In this document: positions 30,284 to 40,089 of the stretch, piece after piece | How positions within the stretch are numbered: the first letter of the stretch is position 1 | Layout of the letters: each line of letters starts with the position of its first letter | Assembly (NCBI GenBank): GCA_021848025.1 | Contig: JAJZND010000015.1 | Location: 9,310 to 73,309, forward strand | Length of the DNA: 64,000 bases | Direction: 5' to 3' | Source: Candidatus Micrarchaeota archaeon | Lineage (GTDB): Archaea; Micrarchaeota; Micrarchaeia; Micrarchaeales; CABMGC01 | Position numbers and translations under genes: made by a program | The notes under the pieces: model-generated | Told to the model about the DNA's origin: nothing | The model's input: only the letters and a program-made list of their open reading frames with translations | Database searches by the model: none

Positions 30284-31018
30284 ATGCCAGATGAACCCAC
30301 TTTTATGGATCTAGTATCACTGCTTCAGATAACGCCGAATACGCCTTTGGAAAAACTCGGCAGTGCACTAAATTCCAGTATCTTCGACGCTTCTAACATA
30401 GCAGGCACACTCAAGCAAAAGGGCCTTATAGAATTTACCGCCTACTATCCCGGCCCAAACACCATAACAATAACCCCTGCGGGCACGGGTCTCATAAGCG
30501 AAGCTAATCTAAAGTCAGCAGAGCCATTAGACCATCTCGATACTACGATACTGCAGCAGCTTTCCGGAGGCAAAAGAAGCCCTCTGGACCTACAGAATAC
30601 GCTCAATCTCAGGCCCAAGGACCTTGCACTGAGGCTATACAAGCTTTACAAGCAGGGGTTTGCAATCTACGAGCTGAAGAGCGGCACAGTGGCAATAATG
30701 CTTACTGAAAAAGGTTTCCTGAATGCAAAGGCAAACCCCACGCAGCAGCCTGCAAATATGCAGGAGCGTAGCGCTGCCTCAGGACCGCAAAGCAACACAT
30801 CAGGAGCCACAAATTCCACCCAAGCTACCATGCCGGGCACTGCAGAAGGGGCTCAAAGGACAGGAGAGCAGGCAGCCCAGGGCCAGGTACGCGATGTCAA
30901 GCCGATAGCAGAGGATTTAGGCGCTTCAGGCCGCAATACAAAGCTCCTGCCGGCCATTATCATCGTGATAGTGGTAATTATAATAGCAGCTGCAGTTTAC
31001 TTCATAAAAATAAGGTAA
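30284..31018 (+). CDS. tail-anchored protein with two wHTH-like repeats, Q/S/T-rich linker and C-terminal TM helix
   Basis: 244 aa. Repeats at about residues 8-75 and 90-150 (...LKQKGLIEF... / ...LYKQGFAIYEL...), a low-complexity linker, and the terminal helix LLPAIIIVIVVIIIAAAVYFI. Confidence 0.5.
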   Translation: MPDEPTFMDLVSLLQITPNTPLEKLGSALNSSIFDASNIAGTLKQKGLIEFTAYYPGPNTITITPAGTGLISEANLKSAEPLDHLDTTILQQLSGGKRSPLDLQNTLNLRPKDLALRLYKLYKQGFAIYELKSGTVAIMLTEKGFLNAKANPTQQPANMQERSAASGPQSNTSGATNSTQATMPGTAEGAQRTGEQAAQGQVRDVKPIAEDLGASGRNTKLLPAIIIVIVVIIIAAAVYFIKIR

Positions 31019-31025
31019 TAAGATC

Positions 31026-31640
31026 ATGTTGTTGGATTACTTCGAAGGGAAGAAAGTATTGGACAGGTACGGTATAAGAAGCATAGAGAGCAAATATGTA
31101 GAATCAAGCGAAGACGCTGTAAAGTTTGCCGGAGAAGGAAAGCTTGTTCTAAAGCTCATATCTGAAAAGCAGCTTCACAAATCCAAAGCGGGACTGGTAA
31201 AGCTTGATCTATCAGACCATGAATCCATAGTCAAAGCGTACAAAGAACTTGAAGCGAAAGGAAGAGCATTGCATCCATACAGGATAATAGCGCAGAAGAT
31301 GGTGCGCGGAGGAGTGGAGATAATAATAGGAGGCAACGAAGACCCGCAGTTCGGCAAGATGGTTCTTCTGGGCCTTGGCGGAATATACGTAGAAGCATTC
31401 AAGGATTTTGCATTGAGGCTCTGCCCTATAACAAGCCAGGATGCACTTGATATGATAGACCAGCTCAAGTCCAGAAAAGTAGTAACCTACGATGGGGAAG
31501 CAACAGTAAGAATACGAGATCTTCTGGTAAGGACTTCAAAGCTGCTTTACGAAAACCGCGATATAAAAGAACTAGACCTGAATCCGGTGGTAGTAAGGTC
31601 AGATGGATATGATGTTGTTGATATAAGAATATTGAAATAA
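31026..31640 (+). CDS. acdB: acetyl-CoA synthetase (ADP-forming), beta subunit (ATP-grasp)
   Basis: 204 aa. The pattern EGKKVLDRYGI...LVLKLIS..HKSKAGLVKLDL is typical of the ACD beta subunit. Immediately upstream of the alpha subunit. Confidence 0.8.
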   Translation: MLLDYFEGKKVLDRYGIRSIESKYVESSEDAVKFAGEGKLVLKLISEKQLHKSKAGLVKLDLSDHESIVKAYKELEAKGRALHPYRIIAQKMVRGGVEIIIGGNEDPQFGKMVLLGLGGIYVEAFKDFALRLCPITSQDALDMIDQLKSRKVVTYDGEATVRIRDLLVRTSKLLYENRDIKELDLNPVVVRSDGYDVVDIRILK

Positions 31641-31648
31641 GTGTAAAG

Positions 31649-33034
31649 ATGAGAGATCCAATAGACCTTAAACCAATGCTCAAGCCAAAATCCGTTGCAA
31701 TAATAGGCGTTTCTAGGAATCCCGATAAGGTAGGCCACATAATACTTCAGAATTACCTAAATGCCGGATATTCGGGAAGGCTATACCTCGTAAACAAAAG
31801 TGGCGAGGAAATACTGGGAATGGAGACGTACAAGAGCATACTGGAGATAAAGGACAGGATAGATCTGGCAGTGATATCAATACCTGCGCAATTTGTACCA
31901 GAAGTTCTTGAAGAATGCGGAAAGGCAAAAGTGAAGAGCGCAGTAGTTGTAAGCGGAGGATTTGCTGAGATAGGAGAAAAGGCGCTGCAAGATGAGATAA
32001 CAACGATAGCAGAAAAATACAAGATAGCTATGCTCGGCCCAAACTGCCTCGGAGTGGTTGATCCAAGATCCAGGGTCGACACGCTTTTCCTGCCGACATA
32101 TAAGCTCAGCAGGCCAGAGATAGGAGGAGTCAGCTTCGTAGCCCAGAGCGGAGCGGTAGGGAGTACGATACTCGACCTGATATCTGGAGAGGGTTTCGGC
32201 CTATCCAAATTCATATCCTACGGAAATGCCGCTTATGTTGATGAGGTAGACATACTCAATTACCTGATGAATGACGAAGAAACAAGAGTAATAGTCATGT
32301 ACATAGAGGGGATAAAGAGGGCCAGGGAATTTGTCGAGATAGCAAAGAAGGTAACAAAGAAAAAGCCAGTAATAGTACTCAAGGCGGGCAAGACCGCTGA
32401 AGGAAGCGCAGCTGCGCATTCGCATACTGCAGCACTTGCAGGCAGTTATCAGGCGCATGAAGCAATATTCAGGCAATTCGGATTCATAATAGCAAATGAC
32501 ATAAGCGAACTATTCTTCTACGCCAAGGTTTTTGCGTCAGAACCTGAGCCCAATGGGGGCAGGGTGGCGGTAATAACAAACGGCGGAGGCGTAGGCGTGC
32601 TTACCGTAGATGCGGTTTCTTCTTCCGGGATGCTAAGCCTTGCACAGTTTAGCAAGGAATCTTCCAACGCGCTAAAGAAAGTAATGCCCTCGCTTGTAAA
32701 CATCAGGAATCCCCTGGATTTAGCAGGGGATGCAGATGACAAGAGATATTCACAGGCGCTCTCTGTGTTAAGCAGTGACAACGGCATTGACATGCTCATA
32801 GTCATAGCGCTATTCCAAACTCCTGGTGCGGATTCACGCCTTGCAACAGAACTGATAAGGCTAAAGGAAAACATGCAGAAGCCGATGCTTGTGCTTAGCA
32901 TAGGCGCCGAGTTCACCAAGATGCATAAGATAATGATGGAGAGCGCAGGCCTGCCAGTGTACGATTCGCCAGCATCAATTGCACTTGCACTGGAAGCATT
33001 GCTCAAGTATTCCATCTATAAGAAGAAGCACTGA
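31649..33034 (+). CDS. acdA: acetyl-CoA synthetase (ADP-forming), alpha subunit
   Basis: 461 aa. CoA-binding N-terminus (PKSVAIIGVSRNPDKVG), succinyl-CoA-synthetase-like domains, and phosphohistidine context AAHSHTAALAG. Confidence 0.85.
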   Translation: MRDPIDLKPMLKPKSVAIIGVSRNPDKVGHIILQNYLNAGYSGRLYLVNKSGEEILGMETYKSILEIKDRIDLAVISIPAQFVPEVLEECGKAKVKSAVVVSGGFAEIGEKALQDEITTIAEKYKIAMLGPNCLGVVDPRSRVDTLFLPTYKLSRPEIGGVSFVAQSGAVGSTILDLISGEGFGLSKFISYGNAAYVDEVDILNYLMNDEETRVIVMYIEGIKRAREFVEIAKKVTKKKPVIVLKAGKTAEGSAAAHSHTAALAGSYQAHEAIFRQFGFIIANDISELFFYAKVFASEPEPNGGRVAVITNGGGVGVLTVDAVSSSGMLSLAQFSKESSNALKKVMPSLVNIRNPLDLAGDADDKRYSQALSVLSSDNGIDMLIVIALFQTPGADSRLATELIRLKENMQKPMLVLSIGAEFTKMHKIMMESAGLPVYDSPASIALALEALLKYSIYKKKH

Positions 33035-33158
33035 ATAGGAGGCAACTTCTGAAATAAGGAACTGCGCATATGCGGGGAATCGGAACTGATGCGAATCAGC
33101 CTGTTTCCAAGAATGTGAATAAGTGCTACTGGCCTTTGAATAGATAGGCGGACGTTAC

Positions 33159-34388
33159 TCAATTCTCTATTGTTCCATGGCTGAGCATCTTTACAGCTGC
33201 GCTTATTACCTCCTCTTTCTTGGTATCGGAGCTAAGCAGGTCAAAGAGTTCTGAAGGGCTGATCTCGAGCCGGTATCCTGCCTTATTTAGCTTTTCCATA
33301 AAGACGCCCAGCCCATAGTCTCTTAGAGAAGCATTCTCCAGCTCCCCTGTCCTTATTTCCATCGCCTCCTGCTCAATCTCCTCGCTCTTTACGCCCAGCT
33401 TTGAAACTTCAAGTATCGCGTTGTCCTGAAATTCTTTTGCAAGCCCATGTACTGATATATCATGAAGTTTTATGCCGTTTCCAAGCTTCCCGGTCAATAC
33501 AATCCTTATTATCGGTTTGGCTCCTCCAGACGACTCAATCACCTTTCTCGCCTTCTCCCTGGCGAGCTCCTCTATCTCCGCAGGCCCCTTCCCATCCACA
33601 TCTATCTCTTCCACTGCAAATTTTCTGGAATTTATCCTGTGGAAGGTGTAAGCTCTCTCTTCAGTATCGTATACGAAGAAACCTTTGCCATCCTGTTCAT
33701 TTTCCTTGAGCTGTGTTATTACTGTGCTTCCCGGTATGAGGAAGTCCTTGCCGTGGCATTTCATCTCTACACGGCTGTGTATATGGCCATCTACGTACAA
33801 GTCAAATCCATCAGGAAGGTCGTCTATACGTATGAAGCTTTCACTGAACGGTAGAAGTTCATACACAGATTGATGGAACATGAAGATATTGAAACAGCCT
33901 TCCTTCCCCCTTGGCGCAACTTCCTTTAGCGTCTCCCTGAAGCGTTCTTCGGCAATCCCTCCAAGCCCAAAGACGCATACCTTCTCAGTCTTTCCTGACA
34001 ATGTCTTTTCTATAGTTACCCTTGCCTGAGAGGCATCTATAACAAGACCTGCCATGCCTAATATGCTCACTGGATTGGCAGCGTTCAGCGCCCTTCTCTC
34101 ATGGGTTCCTGGAATAGCTATTATGGGCATATCCGTATAAGCAAAGCCTTCACCTTCAAAGCCGGAAACCCTGGCCTTGAAATTCTTCTTCATAATATTC
34201 CTGAAAAGTGTCATCGCTTCAGCTATCACATCAGGAGAGGGCCTTCTATAATCGAAGATATCTCCAGGTATTATTATCATGTCACTTGCTTCCGCAGCTT
34301 TTTCTAGGGCTTCGCAGGCCTGCCTGCGTGCATCTTCCCTGAAGCGCTCATAGCCAAGGTGCATGTCAGATACAATCGCAATTTTCAA
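33159..34388 (-). CDS. mre11: DNA double-strand-break repair nuclease Mre11
   Basis: 409 aa calcineurin-like phosphoesterase with VSDMHLG, PGDIFD, PGTHE and DGHIH motifs. No rad50 is adjacent. Confidence 0.85.
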   Translation of the reverse strand: MKIAIVSDMHLGYERFREDARRQACEALEKAAEASDMIIIPGDIFDYRRPSPDVIAEAMTLFRNIMKKNFKARVSGFEGEGFAYTDMPIIAIPGTHERRALNAANPVSILGMAGLVIDASQARVTIEKTLSGKTEKVCVFGLGGIAEERFRETLKEVAPRGKEGCFNIFMFHQSVYELLPFSESFIRIDDLPDGFDLYVDGHIHSRVEMKCHGKDFLIPGSTVITQLKENEQDGKGFFVYDTEERAYTFHRINSRKFAVEEIDVDGKGPAEIEELAREKARKVIESSGGAKPIIRIVLTGKLGNGIKLHDISVHGLAKEFQDNAILEVSKLGVKSEEIEQEAMEIRTGELENASLRDYGLGVFMEKLNKAGYRLEISPSELFDLLSSDTKKEEVISAAVKMLSHGTIEN

Positions 34389-34396
34389 ATGAGCAC

Positions 34397-34930
34397 CTAA
34401 GTGGTAGTTAATTCAAGGTTTCCAGTCACAATGCTGTTCTCTCCAGTAACCTGGTCAGTATATCCTATAACGAAGTATCCGCTGAAAAGCTTTCCTACGC
34501 TTCCGGAAAACGCGGTGCCAGAGTTAGTATAGCACTGCGTATTTATAGTATAGTTCTGCCCCACAGCCAGATATATCTGATTTGAAGGCGGGTTGTAAGG
34601 TGTAGTAAGATCACTGTACGATCCGTTCTGGTTGCAGGCGAATCCGGTTATATTCAGCGGGAACTGCGAATCCTGTACTAGGTCGATGGTAATAACTCCT
34701 GATGTGGAGATGCTCGCATGCCCGCATGTCAAGCCTATCCTGAAGGCGCATTGGTACGGCTGCAGGCCGCTGCTGTTGAATAGCCCGAGAGAATAAAGCG
34801 CGCCGATTACCACTGCAATAACGAGTATCATCCACCCATAAGTGGTCAGGAACTCCATTGCGCTTTGGGCTTTAGACTTCGGAGAGCCCCCAGATCCACC
34901 TGTTTTATAATCCAACAAATCCACCTTCAT
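34397..34930 (-). CDS. archaeal type IV pilin-like protein (class III signal peptide)
   Basis: 177 aa. KAQSAMEFLTTYGWMILVIAVVIGALY is the prepilin-peptidase-type signal. The mature part is Cys- and sequon-containing. Confidence 0.65.
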   Translation of the reverse strand: MKVDLLDYKTGGSGGSPKSKAQSAMEFLTTYGWMILVIAVVIGALYSLGLFNSSGLQPYQCAFRIGLTCGHASISTSGVITIDLVQDSQFPLNITGFACNQNGSYSDLTTPYNPPSNQIYLAVGQNYTINTQCYTNSGTAFSGSVGKLFSGYFVIGYTDQVTGENSIVTGNLELTTT

Positions 34931-34936
34931 GAACAG

Positions 34937-36151
34937 CTAGTGCGTCTCAGTTCCATTATCCCTGAGAATCCCCTTCTCTATGAGCTCCTTTATCTTCCCA
35001 GGCTGGTAAGAAAGCTTTATCAGTTTTGTATGGCCCCGTATCCCCTTGCCGGATTCGTACGAGGTTATTATTCCCTGCATTTCTAGCTCAGCTATATATT
35101 TCCTGTAGAGCCTTGAGCTCTTTGGCTCGGTATGCAGCGATTCTGCTATTGAAACATACCTATTGAATATTTCACCACTCAGTATGTATGACTCGGTGCC
35201 TTCGCTCAGTTTCTTGTATTTGCTTCCGTGTATGGACATGAGTGCAATGGCATAAACAACCAGCTTCTGGTGCTCGGGAAGCGTGTTTATAACTTCATAT
35301 GCTATCTCTTCCTCAGCAAACTTTGCTGCATACGTTATCTCATCTACAGTTATCGCAGCAATGCCCTTCTCATCCGCCAGCTCCCCTGCCTTTGTAATTA
35401 TCTTTAGCGCGAGCCTTGCATCTCCGCCCTCCCTTGCCGCAAGGGCAGCCGCCAGGTTTATTGATGCTTCGTCTATAGCATTCTCCTTAAATCCTTTTTC
35501 TGCCCTGTCTTTCAGGATAGAGGCGAGCTCATGCGAATTGTAAGGAGGGAAGACTAAGTCATTCTCGTAAAGCGTAGATACGCTTCTTGGGTCAAGCCCC
35601 TCCTTAAAAGACACATTATTTGATACGCCAACCACAGTAATCCCGCCAGATTTTATATCGCTGTTGGCCCTGGTAAGCGTGTATACTAAATCATCAAGGT
35701 CCTTGACAATGTCAATCTCATCCAATACGACCACCAGGACCTTGCCGTCTTCTTCAATCCAGCCTATCAGCTTCTCATATATGTCTATAATTCCGTAGCC
35801 CCTTTTTGCGTACATTGGTATGTGATCTCCTGCAATCTTGCTAAGCACCCTATAACGCGAATTGTATACCCTGCAGTTTACGTACGAGATGCGTGCACTT
35901 ACTATGGGCAATTGCTTTATCCTTTCTACCACCTGCTTTATGCAGGAAGTTTTTCCAGTGCCTGTCTTTCCGAAGATAAAGACATTGCGCCCGCGCTCTC
36001 CTCTGAGCGATGGCGTAAGCGCCTTCTCTATCTCCTCTATCTGTTTGTCCCTGAAAAGCAGGTGATCCGGTATATAATGTGGCGAGAGCACCTTCCGGTC
36101 CAGGAAGATCTTAGAATCCTTGAAAAGGTCAGCAAAAGCCTCTGCCATCAT
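34937..36151 (-). CDS. cdc6: Orc1/Cdc6 replication initiator
   Basis: 404 aa. AAA+ Walker A GKTGTGKT, Walker B VVVLDEID, and a C-terminal winged helix. Confidence 0.93.
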   Translation of the reverse strand: MMAEAFADLFKDSKIFLDRKVLSPHYIPDHLLFRDKQIEEIEKALTPSLRGERGRNVFIFGKTGTGKTSCIKQVVERIKQLPIVSARISYVNCRVYNSRYRVLSKIAGDHIPMYAKRGYGIIDIYEKLIGWIEEDGKVLVVVLDEIDIVKDLDDLVYTLTRANSDIKSGGITVVGVSNNVSFKEGLDPRSVSTLYENDLVFPPYNSHELASILKDRAEKGFKENAIDEASINLAAALAAREGGDARLALKIITKAGELADEKGIAAITVDEITYAAKFAEEEIAYEVINTLPEHQKLVVYAIALMSIHGSKYKKLSEGTESYILSGEIFNRYVSIAESLHTEPKSSRLYRKYIAELEMQGIITSYESGKGIRGHTKLIKLSYQPGKIKELIEKGILRDNGTETH

Positions 36152-36945
36152 CTCCCACCAGTAAGTTTCTTTACAATATGTTCATATCTATTCTTTATCA
36201 CTTCATCATTAAGTACAGCAACCTCTCCACGGTCACTCATCTCGCTCATCTTCTTGTCGAATGGCACCAAGCCTATTACTTCAGAATCAAGTTCCGCAGC
36301 TACTTCCTTTCCTCCGCGCGCCTCTCCATCAGACATGTTTTCAATGACACCCAGAAGTGCAACTCCAAGGCGCTTGGCCATCATCCCAGACCTTATCGCG
36401 TTTACTGCAGAGATATGCTGCGGCGTAGTGACAATAACAAAGCCGTCAAGGTCAAGCAATTGTATTATAGATAGTGGTGAGTCAGAGGTACCAGGCGGGA
36501 GGTCAAGTATAAGGTAATCAAGATCGCCCCATTCTGTATTGCTGAAGAATTCGCTTATCATCTTCCCTATCATAGGGCCCCGCCAAATAATCGGTTTGCT
36601 CTTATCATCAAGGAACATAGCAGTGGAGAGCACCTTAACTCCTCCCTTTTCAATAGGAATTAGCGGGTATACGGCTTCCTTAACCTCGTTTATTCCTAAA
36701 AACATCGTAAGGTTAGGGCAGTCTACATCAGCATCAAGAAGGCCAACCTTATATCCCATAATGGAAAGAGTATAAGCTATGTTTACTGCAGTGGTGGTCT
36801 TGCCAACTCCGCCCTTAGCGCTATATATCCCTATCTTGTGCTTTATATTTGACAGTCTTTCCTTAAGCGCCTTCCTCTGCTCTATGACCTTAAAAATAGA
36901 GGGATGAACCTGCATCTTAGGTTCGTTAGGCTGCTCTTGCTCCAC
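36148..36945 (-). CDS. Mrp/NBP35-family P-loop ATPase (Fe-S cluster carrier type)
   Basis: 265 aa. Deviant Walker A SAKGGVGKTT. 4-nt overlap with the downstream cdc6. Confidence 0.88.
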   Translation of the reverse strand: MEQEQPNEPKMQVHPSIFKVIEQRKALKERLSNIKHKIGIYSAKGGVGKTTTAVNIAYTLSIMGYKVGLLDADVDCPNLTMFLGINEVKEAVYPLIPIEKGGVKVLSTAMFLDDKSKPIIWRGPMIGKMISEFFSNTEWGDLDYLILDLPPGTSDSPLSIIQLLDLDGFVIVTTPQHISAVNAIRSGMMAKRLGVALLGVIENMSDGEARGGKEVAAELDSEVIGLVPFDKKMSEMSDRGEVAVLNDEVIKNRYEHIVKKLTGGR

Positions 36946-37725
36946 AATATCACAGAGCTAATATTTATTCTATAAAAATATAATCATTTGTGATATTGGC
37001 TCGGATCTGCGACAAAAGCACAAATGTGCTTACAAGGCAGCCACTGTCTATTACGGCTTATCCGGATCCTAATATAAAATAGCACGGTTTTGTACCCAAA
37101 TACGGTTGATAAATAAGTAAATGTCTGTCTATTTGGCGATAAAATGGATACATCTATATCTATTGTAAATCAAAAACTATAGTGGAGTTTGGGAAAAGAA
37201 GAACGAAACAGATAGCAAATCCAAAGATTCCTTCGCAAGAAATATAAAAAACATTCTGCAGGGATGATGGTTTAATATGCGGGTAAAATATCGTGTTTCA
37301 CAAACAAACGAGCTTCTACAGTAACCAGAAGATAAATCTTGATGAACTTTTCCTGAAAATGTGTAGTCAATCCCCTATCTGTACAGTGCTATATGTGTTG
37401 ATAGCAAAGTTGCATTTTTCTTCCTTTCTCCAACAAGGAAGAACAAGGGCGCAGAGGAACTGATTAGGCAGCCAGGAATCCTATAATAATGGTCTTCGAT
37501 AGCGCATTCCTATATCTTCAGTATTGAAGAAATTGTTTGGAATTTAGTGGTATTACCATCATACGCACAAGATGGATGACTTTAAGGACAAGAAGAATAA
37601 CAATATCGTAGAAAGGTTACAGAATTTTGTTCTTGTTTGAAGATATTTATCAATCATATTCTAGGACAGAGCCAGCAGGTCCTGTTTGCCACAATGCTTT
37701 TAAATGTTAATCGTCAAATAGGCAC

Positions 37726-38541
37726 ATGCCAAAAACTGATTCGTCATATGTCTTAGCAACTGACGGCTTGATAGGCATAAAAAAGTACTTCTTATATGGC
37801 ATGCTGGCAATGCTTCCTATCATAGTTTTAGCGCTGATGTCTTCTTTCGTAGGGATCACAGGAGCAATCATTGTTGAATCTGTATATGGGGGGCCAACAT
37901 TATACATATTGATAATTATCACAATCATTTCAATTGCAGCATTGGTTTTTGCGGCATTGTCACTGCTTGGTCTTCTCTTCGGGTTAAGAGACATAAGAAG
38001 AAGCAACCTAAAGAGTGTCGACCTTTATTCAGGTGCGTCAAGAAACCTCAGAAGAATAGCAATATCTATCTTAATATTAATAGCTCTCTATTACGTCCTG
38101 CTTATTTTTGCCTTAATATCTTCAGGAACAGGAGGAACATCGGTGTCTGTAATTAGCTTCATCTTCGAAATAATCTTACTTGCGATGGCCATACTATTTG
38201 CCATAAAACTTGCCAGTGTTTACAAGAATCTGTCAAAGGACATTTCGCAGCAAAGATTTAATACAAGCGCTACTCTTTTGATAGTTAGTGTAATAATAAA
38301 TGCAGCAGCCGAGATAGTTACTTTAATATCCACGGCTCTTTCTGCGCCTCAGAACAATCCATACATTTCTCAGGGCCTTTCCACGTCCCAAAATCCAGTT
38401 GCCTTAGTAATTAACATAATATTCTTAATAGAGTATATACTCCTGACTCTTCATTTCTACTTTGGATACAGCGCTTCAAAAAATGCTTTAACAAAATTAT
38501 CCAGAAATATTGGTATTCCTGCAGTGCAACCGCCAAAGTAG
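37726..38541 (+). CDS. polytopic membrane protein, unknown function
   Basis: 271 aa with about 6 hydrophobic helices and no motif recognised. Confidence 0.5.
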   Translation: MPKTDSSYVLATDGLIGIKKYFLYGMLAMLPIIVLALMSSFVGITGAIIVESVYGGPTLYILIIITIISIAALVFAALSLLGLLFGLRDIRRSNLKSVDLYSGASRNLRRIAISILILIALYYVLLIFALISSGTGGTSVSVISFIFEIILLAMAILFAIKLASVYKNLSKDISQQRFNTSATLLIVSVIINAAAEIVTLISTALSAPQNNPYISQGLSTSQNPVALVINIIFLIEYILLTLHFYFGYSASKNALTKLSRNIGIPAVQPPK

Positions 38542-38690
38542 TTATTGTCTTGCAATAAGCTGGCTCTGATTGAAGGCAGCAATATGGCGCTTTTTTAGGA
38601 AGTTTTATAAGCTTTCAATGCAATAATATAGCATTGAGCGATTAATTGTGTAATAACTTTTACTAATTATTCCAAATACGCTTAAGTGGT

Positions 38691-39395
38691 GTGAGAAATA
38701 TGTATCCAAATGTACAAGCTTATGACAGAGGAGTAATGTTCAATCCTGACGGAAGGCTCTTCCAGGTAGAGTATGCAAAGGAGGCAGTGCGCAAAGGTGC
38801 TACTTCCATAGGGTTGGTGGCCAAAGATGGCGTTGTTTTCGTAGCACATAAGAACGTCACTGAGCCATTGGCAATAACGGCTACAATACAGAAGGTCTTC
38901 AAAATAGATTCGCACATGGGCGCAACGTACAGCGGAATGGTCGCAGACGGGCTTCACATAATAGACACGGCAAGGTCAAGGGCGCAGAACCACAGGCTCA
39001 TTTACGATGACTACAAGTCAGTGGAGTCCATGGCAAGGGACATTTCTTCGTATATGATGCAGGCAACGCAGTACGGAGGCCTTAGGCCTTATGCGGTCTC
39101 TCTGCTTGTTGGAGGCGTAGATAATGGCCCGAAGCTCTTCGAGATAGAGCCTGGAGCTTCTTTCTTGGGCTACAAAGCCGATGCGATAGGAGCTGGGAAG
39201 AAGGTCGCTACCGAGGTGCTAGTCAAGGAATACGAAGACGGGCTTAGTGTAGACGATGCCATAAAGCTGGGCGTAAAGATAGTAAAAAAAATAAGCGAGG
39301 AAAAGCTGACAGAAGACAACATGGACATAGGCTACATAAAGGAGGGCAGCGAATATCATCTGCTCACACGCGACGAATTACCGAATTTCCTATAA
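38691..39395 (+). CDS. psmA: proteasome alpha subunit
   Basis: 234 aa. [24 protein letters not shown] signature. Confidence 0.93.
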   Translation: MRNMYPNVQAYDRGVMFNPDGRLFQVEYAKEAVRKGATSIGLVAKDGVVFVAHKNVTEPLAITATIQKVFKIDSHMGATYSGMVADGLHIIDTARSRAQNHRLIYDDYKSVESMARDISSYMMQATQYGGLRPYAVSLLVGGVDNGPKLFEIEPGASFLGYKADAIGAGKKVATEVLVKEYEDGLSVDDAIKLGVKIVKKISEEKLTEDNMDIGYIKEGSEYHLLTRDELPNFL

Positions 39396-39408
39396 TACTG
39401 TTGATTCG

Positions 39409-40089
39409 ATGTCGAAGACAGTCGTGGCAAAATACTCCTTTTCAGGAGAAGAGTTCGAGATCTTCGTAGACTCAGATATGGCTTACGAGTATATAACCGG
39501 AAAGAGAAAGGATCCAATGTCAGTGCTTGAAGTAGAAGAAATATTCAAAGATGCAAATAAAGGGGAGAGGCAGAGCCAGGACAAGATTAAAAAAATATTT
39601 CAGACAACGGAGCTGCCTAAGATAGTGGAAACTATCCTCAAGAAGGGAGAAGTCCCAATAACAACAGAACAGAGGCACGCCCTCACCGCGGAAAAACGTA
39701 AGCAGGTAATCAACATCATAGCAATAAATTCCATAGATCCGAGGACCAACGCACCACATACTCCCCAGCGCATAGAGAATGCAATGGAGGAAGCGAAAGT
39801 GCAGATCGATCCGTTCAAGAGTGCGAACGAACAGGTAGATGCAGTAATAAAGAAGATCAACATGATTCTTCCAATAAAATTCGCAACCGTCAGGATAGAA
39901 GCAGAGATACCTCCATCATGGGCAAACAGGTGCTATGGGATGCTGAAGCAGTATGGCCTCAAATCTGAAGAATGGCTATCCAATGGTTCTCTAAAGGCAA
40001 CCCTTGAATTTCCCGCAGGCCTGAGACAGGAATTTTTCGATAAAATAAATAATCTCACAAGAGGGGAAGCAATAATAAAAGTGATTTAA
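39409..40089 (+). CDS. SBDS-family ribosome maturation protein
   Basis: 226 aa. [13 protein letters not shown]...[13 protein letters not shown] pattern. Conserved position between psmA and rrp4. Confidence 0.88.
   Translation: MSKTVVAKYSFSGEEFEIFVDSDMAYEYITGKRKDPMSVLEVEEIFKDANKGERQSQDKIKKIFQTTELPKIVETILKKGEVPITTEQRHALTAEKRKQVINIIAINSIDPRTNAPHTPQRIENAMEEAKVQIDPFKSANEQVDAVIKKINMILPIKFATVRIEAEIPPSWANRCYGMLKQYGLKSEEWLSNGSLKATLEFPAGLRQEFFDKINNLTRGEAIIKVI

Noticed and set aside
37262-37356. C/D-box sRNA candidate (GATGATG ... TGATGA ... CTGA)
   Set aside because: Box spacing is wrong: C' to D is 7 nt instead of about 12, and the total span is about 94 nt. No D' box is present.
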